From Azolla caroliniana (lineage: Eukaryota > Plantae > Polypodiophyta), in NCBI GenBank assembly GCA_043228905.1, contig JBHGNT010000010.1:3410001-3474000 (forward strand): DNA of 64,000 bases, in the 5' to 3' direction. This document shows, piece by piece, positions 52,474 through 64,000 of the stretch. Under the pieces are notes generated by a model. The model had not been told where the DNA came from, searched no databases, and saw nothing but the letters and a program-made list of their open reading frames with translations. A program made the position numbers and the translations under genes. The first letter of the stretch is position 1; each line of letters starts with the position of its first letter.

Positions 52474-55400
52474 CTACAAATTCCATGGCATACTATTGTA
52501 AATACATTCATACACATTAGCACCAACATTGTATAAACCGGAGCAGTTATTGTATTCTGACATTGGGACGTTGATGCACCTGACCAAATGAGAGTACATA
52601 TACGCCGCTGGTTTGTCTTCTAACAGCCTGTACACATTTGTAGTCATCTAGTTTTGCATAAAAAATGCCTTCGATGTAGAATGTCCCGACAGATACAAAA
52701 TTTCCCCATGCATCTACAATATTCTGCCTTGCACACTGTTTACTAACCGTGCACTTTAATATATAGAAATCAGCAGCCTTTGAATTTCCTTCTTCAGCAT
52801 TTACAGCGAAGTTATCCCCAATGTTCAGGACATCACTCAAAGTTCCAAGTCCCTCATATGTGAAGTCAGCATTCTGCCCTGTTTCTCCATCAACTGCTTC
52901 CTTATCATTTAGAGTGTGATACTCCCAATTCTGAATGTATGCTTTGTTTAGACAATATCTCCAATTTCCCTGCACACAATGGAAGCAAAAACAAGTCAAT
53001 TCTCTAACCGCAATACAATGACCATCCAACCTAGAATAACCGCGAACAGCATGCAGAGATCGCAATTCGGGAATTCCTTGGCACTCCCAAGTCTTCTCCC
53101 TATTTACTTCATCTATCTTCACTTCCCAAAATTCACGTTTGATATCTCGGACTTGCGAGGAATAAACACCTGTGGCACTCGTTGACATATTTGTTCTTAA
53201 AAATTCAACTACATGTGATGCACAATTCATGTGCACACCATTTGTCTTTAGTTGTTCATGGGTAAGTGCCCGCTTTATAACAGCCATGAATAAATGAAGT
53301 TGTGTTTAATGAACTTTCCTAGAGATACTACAAACAGAGACACCAAATCCCTTGGTTTAAGCATCTTCCGAACTAGATCCTTTCTTTTACACACCTTTCC
53401 TTCGAAATTGGTGTTCACTGACTCAAATAACTTCATAGAGATCAATATTTCACTACTCAATTCATTTGGACACCACCTAAATCTTGTAGGGCCACAATCT
53501 TGACATAAACCCATGACACATTTATGAATATGGAAGATAGCATCAGTTTCTCTCGGACACAATATTGAATCTAATAAATAACTCATGGAAGAGATAATGT
53601 GCTCAGATGATTTACACTCCTCTTGCGGGCTTGATCGACAGATTGGGCACCCACATGTGCAAACTGTATTAGTTAGGGATGCGCTATGGTGACGTAGTAG
53701 ATTAACAGAGTCCTTCAGAAAACCCATCTGTACATGGTAAATGCAACAACATGTGTATCGATCTTTTAAGCGTCTCACAAAGTGTGGCTTAAGAGACTCG
53801 AATGTTCGTAGTTGAACTTTGATAGTTGGATGCATTCGTTTGAACCTAATAAATAAATCGACCTGCGTAATAAAGGGGAATTAGTTATTCTCATAAGTAG
53901 CTAACTATCCTAGTAGCTAATTAGCTATTCTAGTAGCTAATTAGCTATCATGGTAGCTAATTAGCTGTCCTAGTAGCTAATTAGATGTCCTAGTAGCTAA
54001 TTAGCTATCATGGTAGCTAATTAGTTGTCGTAGTAGCTAATTAGCTATTCTAGTAGCATGGTAGCTAATTAGTTGCTCTAGTAGCTAATTAGCTATCATG
54101 GTGGCTAATTAGCTTTCCTAGTAACTAATTAGCTATCATGGTAGCTAATTAGCTGGTCTAGTAGCTAATTAGCTATCATGGTAGCTAATTAGCGGGTCTA
54201 GTAGCTAATTAGCTATCATGGTGGCTAATTAGTTGTCCTAATAACTAATTAGCTATCATGGTAGCTAATTAGCTGGTCTAGTAGCTAATTAGCTATCATG
54301 GTAGCTAATTAGCTGGTCTAGTAGCTAATTAGCTATAATGGTGGCTAATTAGCTTTCCTAACTAATTAGCTATCATGGTAGCAAATTAGTTGGTCTAGTA
54401 GCTAATTAGTTATCACGGTGGCTAATTAGCTATCCTAGTAAGCTAATTAGCTATCATGGTAGCTAATTAGCTTTCCTAGTAGCTAATTAGCTGGTAATAA
54501 CGAAATAGCAAACTAGCTACCATGATAGCTAACTAGCTACCAGTACAGCTAATTATCTGGTAGTACCTAAATTAGCTATTGAGAATAGCTAATTAGCTAT
54601 CATCGTAGTAACTATTGGGAGTAGCCAGTTACCTATGTAGTAGCTATCATAGTAGCTAATTAGCTATCATGGTAGCTAATTAGCTTTCTTAGTAGCTAAT
54701 TAGCTGGTAATAACGAAATAGCTAACCAGCTACCATGATAGCTAACTAGCTACCAGTACAACTAATTATCTTGTAGTACCTAAATTAGCTATTGAGAATA
54801 GCTAATTAGCTATCATGGTAGTAGCTATTGAGAGTAGCCAGTTACCTATGTAGTAGCTATCCTAGTAGCGAACTGAGGTAAATGTAACTGATAAGCTAAT
54901 TAGCTTTTCTGCTAACTGAGCTAATTAACTTTCCGAGTAGAGTCAAAACAAATGTTGAGATAAATGTAAATACCTGAGGTACATCAAGAAGATGAATGGG
55001 ATGCTCCTCGTATTGATTTCTTCCAACACGTTTCCTGCATAAATCCTTTTTATTGGGTGAAACCCTACTCTCATTAGTCCAAAACATTGTGATTACATCC
55101 TTGATTTCAAATGTTATGGGTGTCATTGGCTTACATCTTGTAGTTAGCTTTAGTAGACTAGTTCCTTCACCCGAGGAAATTATACGGTTCATTGTATTGT
55201 ACACTGTTTTTCTACTAACACCAATTACCTTAGATAGCTCACTGATGTTTATATCGTCAACATCACTATTAAGCAACATCATTAGACTAGACCTTTTTAA
55301 GACAAGATCATCTTCTGACCTGCTCATGGATACGAAACTATTACGAAGATTATTTACTAAAATAGATTATATGTTTGCATTAAGACCATCACAATCAACT

Positions 55401-55723
55401 AAGTCCTTTATCGATGGATCATTACATATTCCATAAAGTACTACCTTCTTTTCTTCATTGCTGATGTGCTTGGTTTGAACATTGAAATAGTCTACAACCT
55501 TTCTCTCTATGATGGTAGTCACATTACTTACATTCTCGGCTAAACTATCCTTACCTTTACTGAGTGTGGCTTTCGTATCCTTCAACAATTGACGATGTTT
55601 CCTTTTTTTTTCTGCCCAATAGTTTCGTATGGCTTGTTGTGTCCTGATAACATCATCCCTATCCTTATGATCATTGAGGGGTAATTCTAAACACCCTTCT
55701 TCCCCTTCCATTTGGCTGGACAT
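52474..55723 (-). pseudogene. Sola2-like transposase with catalytic core deleted; exons 55723-54974 and 53862-52474
   Basis: Splice CCTCAG|GTA..TACGCAG|GTC keeps frame; motifs FWTNESRVSPNKKD, FESLKPHFV..RYTCCCIYH, LCP..CVMGLCQDCG, FIKHNF|AVIKRAL, SLHAV..RELTCFCFHC; the expected DFxENY/SDGC/HGKG-DG region is absent at the ~53287 junction; stop at 55367-55369 and frameshift near 52640. Confidence 0.75.
53890..54905. repeat. Array of palindrome TAGCTAATTAGCTA (intron of transposase gene)
   Basis: ~20/40-bp units TAGCTAATTAGCTATCATGG / TAGCTAATTAGCTGGTCTAG filling the intron 54973-53863. Confidence 0.95.
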
Positions 55724-56055
55724 GTTAAAACCCTAAATTTCCAAAATAAAAAACAAGTATTAAAGATGGCTCTGGGCAACAACAATACACAAAAATATTC
55801 CACAATACACAAGATTAGACACAACAATACACAAGATAATCAATAGACAGAAAAGTTATTGCAATCCAAGACCGAACAGTAGAGGATTTCACTCCGTTGG
55901 ATCGAACAGTTGAGGAGGCGATCCAAGACCGACCAATGGCAACAACTGAGTGTAGAATGTTGTCGTTGGATGAGTGAACTCCGTCAAATCGAAATGTGGA
56001 AGCAATCCGGGACTGGACAGTAGCGGCAACTGAGTATAGAATGATGGCAATGGAG

Positions 56056-56628
56056 GAGAGAACCCCATCAGATTGAACAGTTACCGATGATGCTTGGAAC
56101 GCACATATAAGGCACCTGAGAGTAGAGTGGCACAGAGAAGAGAACCCCGTCAGATTGAACAGTTACCAATGATGCTTGAAACGCACAGTGGTGGCCCCTA
56201 AGTGAGAGTGGAAAAGAGAAGAGAACCCCGTCAGATTGAATAGCTCTTTGATGATGCTTGGAACGCACAGTAGCGGCCCCTGAGTGTAGAGTGGCAAAGA
56301 GAAGAGAACCCCGTCAGATTGAACAGCTCTTTGATGATGCTTGGAACGCACAGCAGCGGCCCTTGAGTGTAGAGTGGCACAGAGAAGAGAACCCCGTCAG
56401 ATTGAACAGCTCTTTGATGATGCTTGGAACGCACAGTAGTGGCCCCTAAGTGTAGAGTGGCACAGAGAAGAGAACCCCGTCAGATTGAACAGCTCTTTGA
56501 TGATGCTTGGAATGCACAGTAGTGGCCCCTAAGTGTAGAGTGGCACAGAGAAGAGAACCCTGTCATATTGAGCAGCTCTTTGATGATGCTTGGAACGCAC
56601 AGTAGCGGCCCCTCAATGTAGAGTGGCG
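56056..56628. repeat. 83-bp tandem repeat x ~7, upstream of the transposase
   Basis: GAGAAGAGAACCCCGTCAGATTGAACAGCTCTTTGATGATGCTTGGAACGCACAGTAG..GCCCCT.AGTGTAGAGTGGCACA; near-identical small ORFs recur every 83 bp. Confidence 0.95.
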
Positions 56629-58579
56629 GCAGGTGGACTCGATAGGGTTTAGCAACAGTGGTAGCAACTAACCCACAGTACTCAACTAGAGATGGCCTAC
56701 GTGATGTGGCAAAGGATCATGCATAATGGACCTAGGAATTCGATATATAATTTATGGTACACATTTATGGTGCACACATCAATTTATGTTGCACATTTAT
56801 GGCACTCATTTACATATGTAATTAAAACACTCTAGTATTTTCAATGGTAGTTTTTTGCATACTTAATTTATTAATGATGGCTTTTTACTAAAATGACTAT
56901 TTATCAATGGTAGCTTTTTGCATAGCTAATTAGCTATGTCAAGGACATAGCTAATTGTTTCCACTCGCATGCTTTCACCCAATACCATGTTAGTCTTTTA
57001 CTATTCACTATTGTTATACAATATGGCTATGGAGGAAGAATTACTTGGACTAAGATTGCCATCAGGGAAGCCATGTAATGTTTAAACACTCGCAAATGAC
57101 CGTATCATGTTTAATTCGTATTTCATGTATAGAACAAGATGTGTTAGGGTTGGGGTGGTCAAGAAGGATAGTACATCGTGGTATAATTTGTTGTCAACTT
57201 GGATATCCAATTGGGGCAGAAGTTTCTCATGTGAAACTTATTGAGTGGGTATCCAAAAGTTTGGAGGATAAGTTTATGTATTGGAGGTCTCAATTTTGAT
57301 CTTTTCATGTATGACTTATGGTGGTCCCATTGATTATGGTTTCTATGGTGCCTTATTAACTTCCTTTGCACCATGGTCGAAGAAAGCTCTTGAAATGGTG
57401 TCACACTTAATGTGAATGTTGTTATGGAAAAGAAAAGAGAAAAGTGCATGTCGTTGTTGGAATGGGATTATGTTTGTACTCCAAAGCGTCATGGTAGGGC
57501 ATCAATAATGAATTTATATGAGCATATTGTGGCTTGTCGGTTTTCTTTCGTTCGATTTATGTTTGAGGATGTACAACCTTGGATAACAATGGTGGCATAT
57601 TGTATAGAGAAGATAGGAATTAAGCTTGGAAACATAACGATTTAAGTTAATTAGTGGAATGTCATTGATTTTCAAAGGGATGTCAATGTGCGGGGTTTCT
57701 AATAGTTAATCATTTCCAAAGTATGTGGGATTTTGTGGAATGGCATCCTCCACATGAAAGGGGATGTGCCAATTCATTACAAATGGAGGTTTTGGCGACA
57801 TCAAGTTTGTTGCGGTGGGAAGGTAAACAAATTCTTAACCTTCAATTTAATCGTATGGCGAGGTTAGGTTTGGTATATTCAAGGTTGCTATGTTGGTATC
57901 ACAAAGAAGATTAATGGCCTTTCGAACAACTAGATCAACATTTTGTATTCCAAAAGGTTAAATATCTTCCTATGAGTCAATTCTTGATTTAGATGGGGAA
58001 TCTCAAGAGCTTGATTAGAGCTTTGTAGAAAATAGTACATTGACTATGATCTCAACAAATTGTGCTTATCACAAGTTGATTGACAAACATAAGTAGATGG
58101 AAGAAAGGGATATAAAGATATGGGGTATTCGTAAGCCCATTACCTGGTGGTTTCATGTGATAAAGGTAGGTTGGTGTTCTCGATTAATGCTACTAGCTAA
58201 GGTATTCATTTGGAGAGTTACGGTCAGAGCTTTACCATTGGGGGATGCATTAAAAAAAAGAAACATTGCTAGAGGAACGTGTTTCTTTTGTTCAGTGGAA
58301 TTGGAACATAGTAGGTGTCATGATATAGTGATAGTAGGCATCGATTTCTTTCATGCCCAATGACTCGAATGGTTTGGAAGTGTATCCATTTAGTGTGAAT
58401 GTCTCTAATTGAAGTAAGCCTATCTTCCTTCAGTTGGGGCTTTACACATATGGAGAACAATGAACGGATGCCTCATTTCCAAAAAAATATTGAGTTCTTG
58501 AGGTATTGGGGCCTATAGTTCAATTGGAATATGCATAATGCCTTCACATTTTATTGAGAGAGAGAGAGAGAGAGAGAGA

Positions 58580-58780
58580 TTCTATTATCATCTTCGGAAT
58601 ATGACCAATGAGACCAAAAATATTCCATTTCACGTGATACGTGTGAAAGTGTGGCGAATCTTGATTTCAAGAACTTTACCACCGAATGTTGCAATCAAGA
58701 GTGCACATTGTGTTTGTGAGAGAAATTCGTGCAAGGATTGGGCTTAGTCGAAGATATGTGAAAGCATGGTCGAATATGAT
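58580..58780 (-). mobile_element. 3'-end fragment of RTE-clade LINE with (TC)n tail (58556-58579)
   Basis: Matches 29593-29802 (GAGACCAAAAATATT.CATTTCACGTGATACGTGTGAAAGTG..CATGGTCGAATATGAT). Confidence 0.88.
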
Positions 58781-61700
58781 GAGTTCGACGAGTGGGACCC
58801 ACAACCAGTTCGACAAGGACTATTGCACGATATGTTGCAAGGCAAATTTCATTCACAAATAGGTGGAATAAAAGAAGTCCAACCGCTTGGTAAAGGTTTC
58901 TATCAAATTGATCTAGAGGACAAGGATTCTACAGCGAACCTCATAACCATGTCTCCTTGTCAGGTCCAAAACACGTGGTTTTCATGCGGAAATGGACACA
59001 TGGTTTTAACCCAGAGAAGGCATCGCAACACGATGATTCCATGAAAAAGGTAACGATGTTGTTTCCTGGATTATCCTTAAAATACAACATGTTACTTCCT
59101 ACTATTGGCAACTCCTTTGGTATGATGCTGGATGAGGAACTAACGCTAGCGGACAGGCTAAAGAAGCACCTAGGCCCTCCCTCTATCCGCCTATTGGTGC
59201 AAGACATCAACAAACTTCCCTCCAAGATCCTCATTCCCGGGAAAAACGGAATGCGGATTGAACAACACATAGAAGTGATTGGCGCACCGGGGCAATGTTT
59301 TCCATGCAAAAAACTTGGTCATGTAAAAAAGAACTGCCCCACAAGACGTATTAAAGATCCTACAAAGGAGACTCTGGAAGGTCGGGACACCATAAGACAT
59401 CAGAAGCCTCCCCCACCACGACCTGATAAGGCTATGATGGAATGGCGAGTGGTGGAAAAAACCCATGTCCTTCGAAAAACTTCATAGGCACAAAATCCTC
59501 CATCACCTATGAGCCCCAATCCATTTGATCTACTACAAGAGCTCCACCCCACGGACGAGCATTCCCCTAGTTCTTTCATAAGCCCTAAGGAATGACCTAA
59601 GGTGACACCAAGCACACAAGAGAAAGTTCTCGTTAAAGCTTACAAAACAGGGAAGCGAAGAAGGATAAGTCATGTTAAGACCTTAATACAGAGCTTGAGT
59701 GGAACAACACCCAATGTAGAAGCAACAACCCAAGGCAGAAGTTTGAATGTCACGCCTCATATCATAGTCTTCCCAGACACAAATAAGTGTGATTCCTCTA
59801 GCCAAGACCTTGAACCACACCCGCAAAATGCCTTGAAATGGCTAGGTATAGGGCACAAGATAGTGGAAAAAATAAGGGTACATGTATCAGTGGTACACAC
59901 TAACGGAGTTCCGACGATCTCAATCTCCTTTCCACTTTTGCTTCCGACACAGGAAGATTGGTCGAAATCCAAGATTAAAGATACGTTATGTAGCCAAGTA
60001 GCATGCTTTGTAGCAAAAATAAGAGATGAAGAGCTCATGAACGAACTAAAGCAGCATTGGCATAACACTGAATTTTGGTGCACCATGGATGAAGACGAAC
60101 CTCATCTCTACCACATCCACCTACGAACTATCATAGACGCCCAACTAACTCTAAGCTTTTTCTTTTTCCATGAGAATCATGAAGGGGCGATTGAAGCTCA
60201 TAGGATAGCCCACAAACTCCACTCATGGATGTGGATCACTATTCCATCAATGGAAATGACTGGATGTCTAAATGGTGAGTGCTCCCCACTCACGGCATGT
60301 TGTGCAAAGCATCAAGCACAAATGGCAATCTCCCACCCCATTCCATGAGTATGAAGATTGTAACATGGAACGTGCAAGGGTTGAGGAGTCGACTAGACCA
60401 GCAAAACAGATGGAAACTGAGAAGAGATCTTGAGGAATATATATTAGGGGGTGCTACTGACATCATGATGTTGCAGGAACACCACCTTGATAGTACTCTT
60501 CAAAGGAAGTCAAAGATCTTTTACCAGGATCATCGCGAACAATTTGGGAGCCAACAATAGGGGAGGATGGAAATCATGGTGGTATTTGCACTTTAATTCA
60601 GGAACATCTAGCCCAAGGTTTAATACACCAGGAATCACTGATACCTAGAAGGGCACAATTTTGCACGTTGGCCATCCAAGGGAAACGTTGGAATTTCATG
60701 AATGTCTATGCTCCAAACAACAGCATAGAACAAGCAACATTCTGGGAGTGCATTCGCCAACAAGTAGCGGGTGCGGAGGAGTGGTGCATTGGAGGGGATT
60801 TTAATATGATCGAATCCATCCATGATAGCTCTAACAACAATCCCAGAGTCCTAAAAGGGAATATAAACAATGGGAGAAGTTATGTGTACACCTTAACTTG
60901 CGAGATATATGGCATTCCGACAACTTCCCACAAAAAAGGGACTCTCTCTTATTCTCCCGATCAGATGGGCGAAATAGTGGACCCACTCTATCTCGCATCG
61001 ATCATCTTTATGTAGGCGAGGCCCTAGAAGCAAAGGGAGGGTGGTGTCGCATAACTCCAGGCACAACTTTCTCCGACCATTACCCAGTAATCGGTCACTT
61101 TCACTTGCACCGAAAGTGGGGCTCATTCCAACCTCGAATCCCACACACTATCTACACAGTTATAGAGGTGAAGGAACAACTCACCAACCAATGGTCACTA
61201 CCCGTCAATACCTCATTAGCATTTGACAAACTTCTAGCTAAATTATCAAGAGCTTCAACTCTACTACATGAGATTGTCAAGACTAGAAGTAAGGATGCTC
61301 AGGAAAAGCGACAGAGGACAAAACGGGGATTAATAGCCTTACAACGACTTCAATAGCGATACCCAACATGTAGTTGGCTCGCGGGACAAGTTGCCATGGC
61401 CAAACATGAACTCATCATGGCAAAAAAGGAAATTTATGACATGGAGTTTCATGGAAGCATGGCTCGATGGATTCGAGTAGGGGACAAAACCACAAAGGAA
61501 TTTTTCTGATCCAAGGGACCAAGACACGCTAGAACAATGATGTGCAACCTCAACCGAGCAAATGGAACAACCACGGAGGATGGTGACAAAATGAGGAATA
61601 TTGCCACAAGTTATTTTAAGCGACTACTTACTGAAGATAATAAGGCCACATGGGAAGACATAAGAGAAGATATTATCCTCTAGAGCATACCTGAGAAAGT

Positions 61701-64000
61701 CACGACGGAAATGAATACATGGCTCGTGCATCCCCTATCAATCATCGAGATATGAGAGGCCCTCTCTGATCTGGATGTAGATAGCTGCCTCGGAATCGAC
61801 GACCTCACCCCTCACTTTTTCACGTGCCTTTGGGACACTATTAAAGAAGATCTTCTCCAAGCATATGAGGAGATCATCACCTCTAGAAACATGCCAGAGG
61901 AATTTGGACAAGGAATGATACATCTCATTCCTAAAAGTGGTGCAAGTGCCAATGACATTAGTAAGTGGCGGCCCATAACTCTCCTCAATATTGTCTATAA
62001 GTTGCTCGCAAAAATCGTGGCACACCGCTTAGCACCACTTCTCCCTCAGCTCATTCATCCGTCCCAAGCAGGTTTTGTTAGAAATCGGAGCATCCCAGAC
62101 AATCTCTTCTCATTTTTGGAAGCAGTAGCCCTTGCTAAACGTACCAACAACAAGGTAGTTGTGGTGCTCCCAGATTTTGAGAAAGCATATGACAGGGTAT
62201 GCTAGAAATTTCTAGAAAGTGTGATGGGGAAACTCGACTTTCACGAATCATGGATCAAAGCATAGTATGAACCATACGTACCATACGTGCATTCGCATTC
62301 GTGAATGTTTCAATCATTCGCGTAAGAAAAACACCCTTAAAGAATAATAAATACCATACTTTTGGATTAACTATTTATTATGAGATAAATACTCACGCTA
62401 GCGGGGCGCATCATAGTGGCAAACCAGCTATTACTCGTGACAGCATGGTATAGCCTATTATGCTGGACAATCTCCAAAGAAAGTATACACCGGATTCAAC
62501 GACTGGTACACAACTACATTTGGTCTGGTAAGGAAGATCATGCAACTCGGGCCAAGGTAGTGTGGGCTATACTCACATCACCTAAGTCGAGAGGAGGATT
62601 GGGTCTTATTGATCCCCTCTCACAATCAAAAGCCCTACTCGCCAAATTTGTGGTGCGAGGACTCCAACCAGGGAATGACCGTTGGAAAATGTTATTGCGG
62701 TTACGCTTCACTTACTTTAGGCCACGAAAAGGGACCAATTGGGCCCCCTAAACTGGATGGATTCTAAACATGGATCTCAAACCTAGTTTCTCTTGCCAAC
62801 TGGAGGATAGATTTAGTGCATCCATGTGGAAGGTGTGGTGTGACATTAGACGAGGACTCAAGTGCAATCAACCCAATTCCGAACCTACCTGGCTCAGTCA
62901 ACGTATCCTTTGGAACCCATGTATTAGGGATGAATCTAATAAACTAATTGGATCAAGTAAGGGGATGTCATGGGGATACATGTCGGAAGGTCCAAGAAAA
63001 AGTATAAAATGTTGGAGACGGTTTATGTCATTGCCAATACAAGATTAGGCCAACATCCTCCATGGAATCAGAGGCGGATGGGCTATGAGATCTGAAATCA
63101 TTAACGTTCTACTGATTAGGGAAGCTACTCATCAAAGGACGACAACAAGGAAATGAATAGGCTACAAGGAGGAGGGCTCTTTGCTCCCAAGAGGTAGGGA
63201 CACACCGGACAGGATCGAAGGTTCTGAACTGCAAGACAACGAGGCATCAACACAGCATAGGGCAATTCGAGTACTAGCATATAATGGGCATAAATGGATT
63301 GTAGATCCTGATCCGATCAATGTACAACCAGATTGGCACATATGTACTCATGAAAACACATGGCTATGTAAGGTCAGTTGGGACCCTTTGCAATGGACAT
63401 AGTGTGATCCTTACGCGAGGCAAGGAAGCAAACATATCCCTTTCTTTCAATTCACAACTAGACCGGGTCGCCATATTATAGCCGCTCAATCTGCCCGAGA
63501 TCCGGTTGCTGCAAAGGTCTGGAAAACATATCATGTTCCTAACACAATTATCACCAAGTTTTGGCAAAAACTCTGGAAACAACAACACGGGAGGCGAATC
63601 TCCACATCCCAATGGCTATTAATACATAAGTCACTACCGGTTGGTGCATGGCAGCGTGGGAACCTCAGCTCTCCTAATTGTGTAGAGTGTCCAACTGTAG
63701 TAGAATCAATACAACACGCTCTATGGGATTGCCCAGAGTCCCATTGAATATGGTGGGGGGTTGGCCGCTTATTGCAATTATGCCAGGTGCAAGGCTCAAT
63801 CAAGTGGGGGAATGTATGTTGGTTATCATGGCAGGCCCCAGTTGATAGATATGAGCATCAGGAAGAGGGGATGACTTTGGTTATAAAAGCACAAGAGGTT
63901 TTTTTCTCCAGCATCGACAATGTCCACTCAACTCCTGTCAATGCCAAATCTCAAGTTGTGTTGGAATTGGTCAGCCTCATAACTCTTTGGATTCTATGGA
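58781..64000 (+). mobile_element. L1-like LINE (different family), degenerate, runs off window end
   Basis: ORF1 remnants (LGKGFYQI, CFPCKKLGHVKKNC); ORF2 from ATG 60345 (MSMKIVTWNVQGL, LQEHHL, NVYAPN, GGDFN, SRIDHLY, SDHYP, WRPITLLNIVYKLLAK, DFEKAYDRV); zf-RVT near 63680; many stops. Confidence 0.92.

Larger units (their letters stand above)
46729..56980. mobile_element. Cut-and-paste DNA transposon, Sola2-like, 10.25 kb, non-autonomous copy
   Basis: 25-bp TIRs GGGT(A/G)AAAGCATGCGAGTGGAAACA (46729-46753; 56956-56980, 1 mismatch); TSD AATA (46725-46728 / 56981-56984); inserted in the L1 RT 'VRQGCPLSP' region. Superfamily is inferred from the GRG termini, 4-bp TSD and transposase motifs. Confidence 0.85.
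45396..58555 (+). mobile_element. 5'-truncated L1-like LINE (same family as 25784-29567), interrupted by a solo LTR and a DNA transposon; pieces 45396-45432, 46162-46728, 56981-58555
   Basis: ATCCTCAAGAAATTGT.AAGAAATGCATAGAATAT shared with 29086; RT remnants AKVMANRL, LQLDIKKAYDNVDW; 3' zf-RVT and 3' region matching 29150-29300. Confidence 0.85.

Noticed and set aside
56056-56628. Possible CRISPR-like array
   Set aside because: Whole units are repeated with no unique spacers, there are no cas genes, and the context is eukaryotic

Overview
Land-plant nuclear DNA, AT-rich and repeat-dominated; the TE content suggests a non-seed plant such as a fern or lycophyte, but that is inference. There is one intact host gene: a 4-exon LRR receptor-like kinase (LRR-IV / At5g51560-like) on the minus strand (13044-9332, 851 aa) with an atypical kinase domain. 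From about 24 kb to the end the window is a nest of transposable elements. L1-like and RTE-like LINEs are separated by (GA)n tracts, and two solo LTRs of one family sit in the L1 copies. A five-level stack (RTE > copia > gypsy solo LTR > gypsy > copia) has readable TSDs at every LTR level and an LTR-mediated inversion. The most unusual object is a 10.25-kb DNA transposon (46729-56980) with 25-bp GGG..CCC TIRs and a 4-bp AATA TSD, resembling Sola2. It carries a core-deleted transposase and a convergent multi-exon accessory gene (coiled-coil, RING-like and degenerate FCP1/HAD phosphatase domains). Its introns are filled with arrays of the palindrome TAGCTAATTAGCTA, also found beside both TIRs, and of telo-box repeats. 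All calls were made by eye, without database searches.
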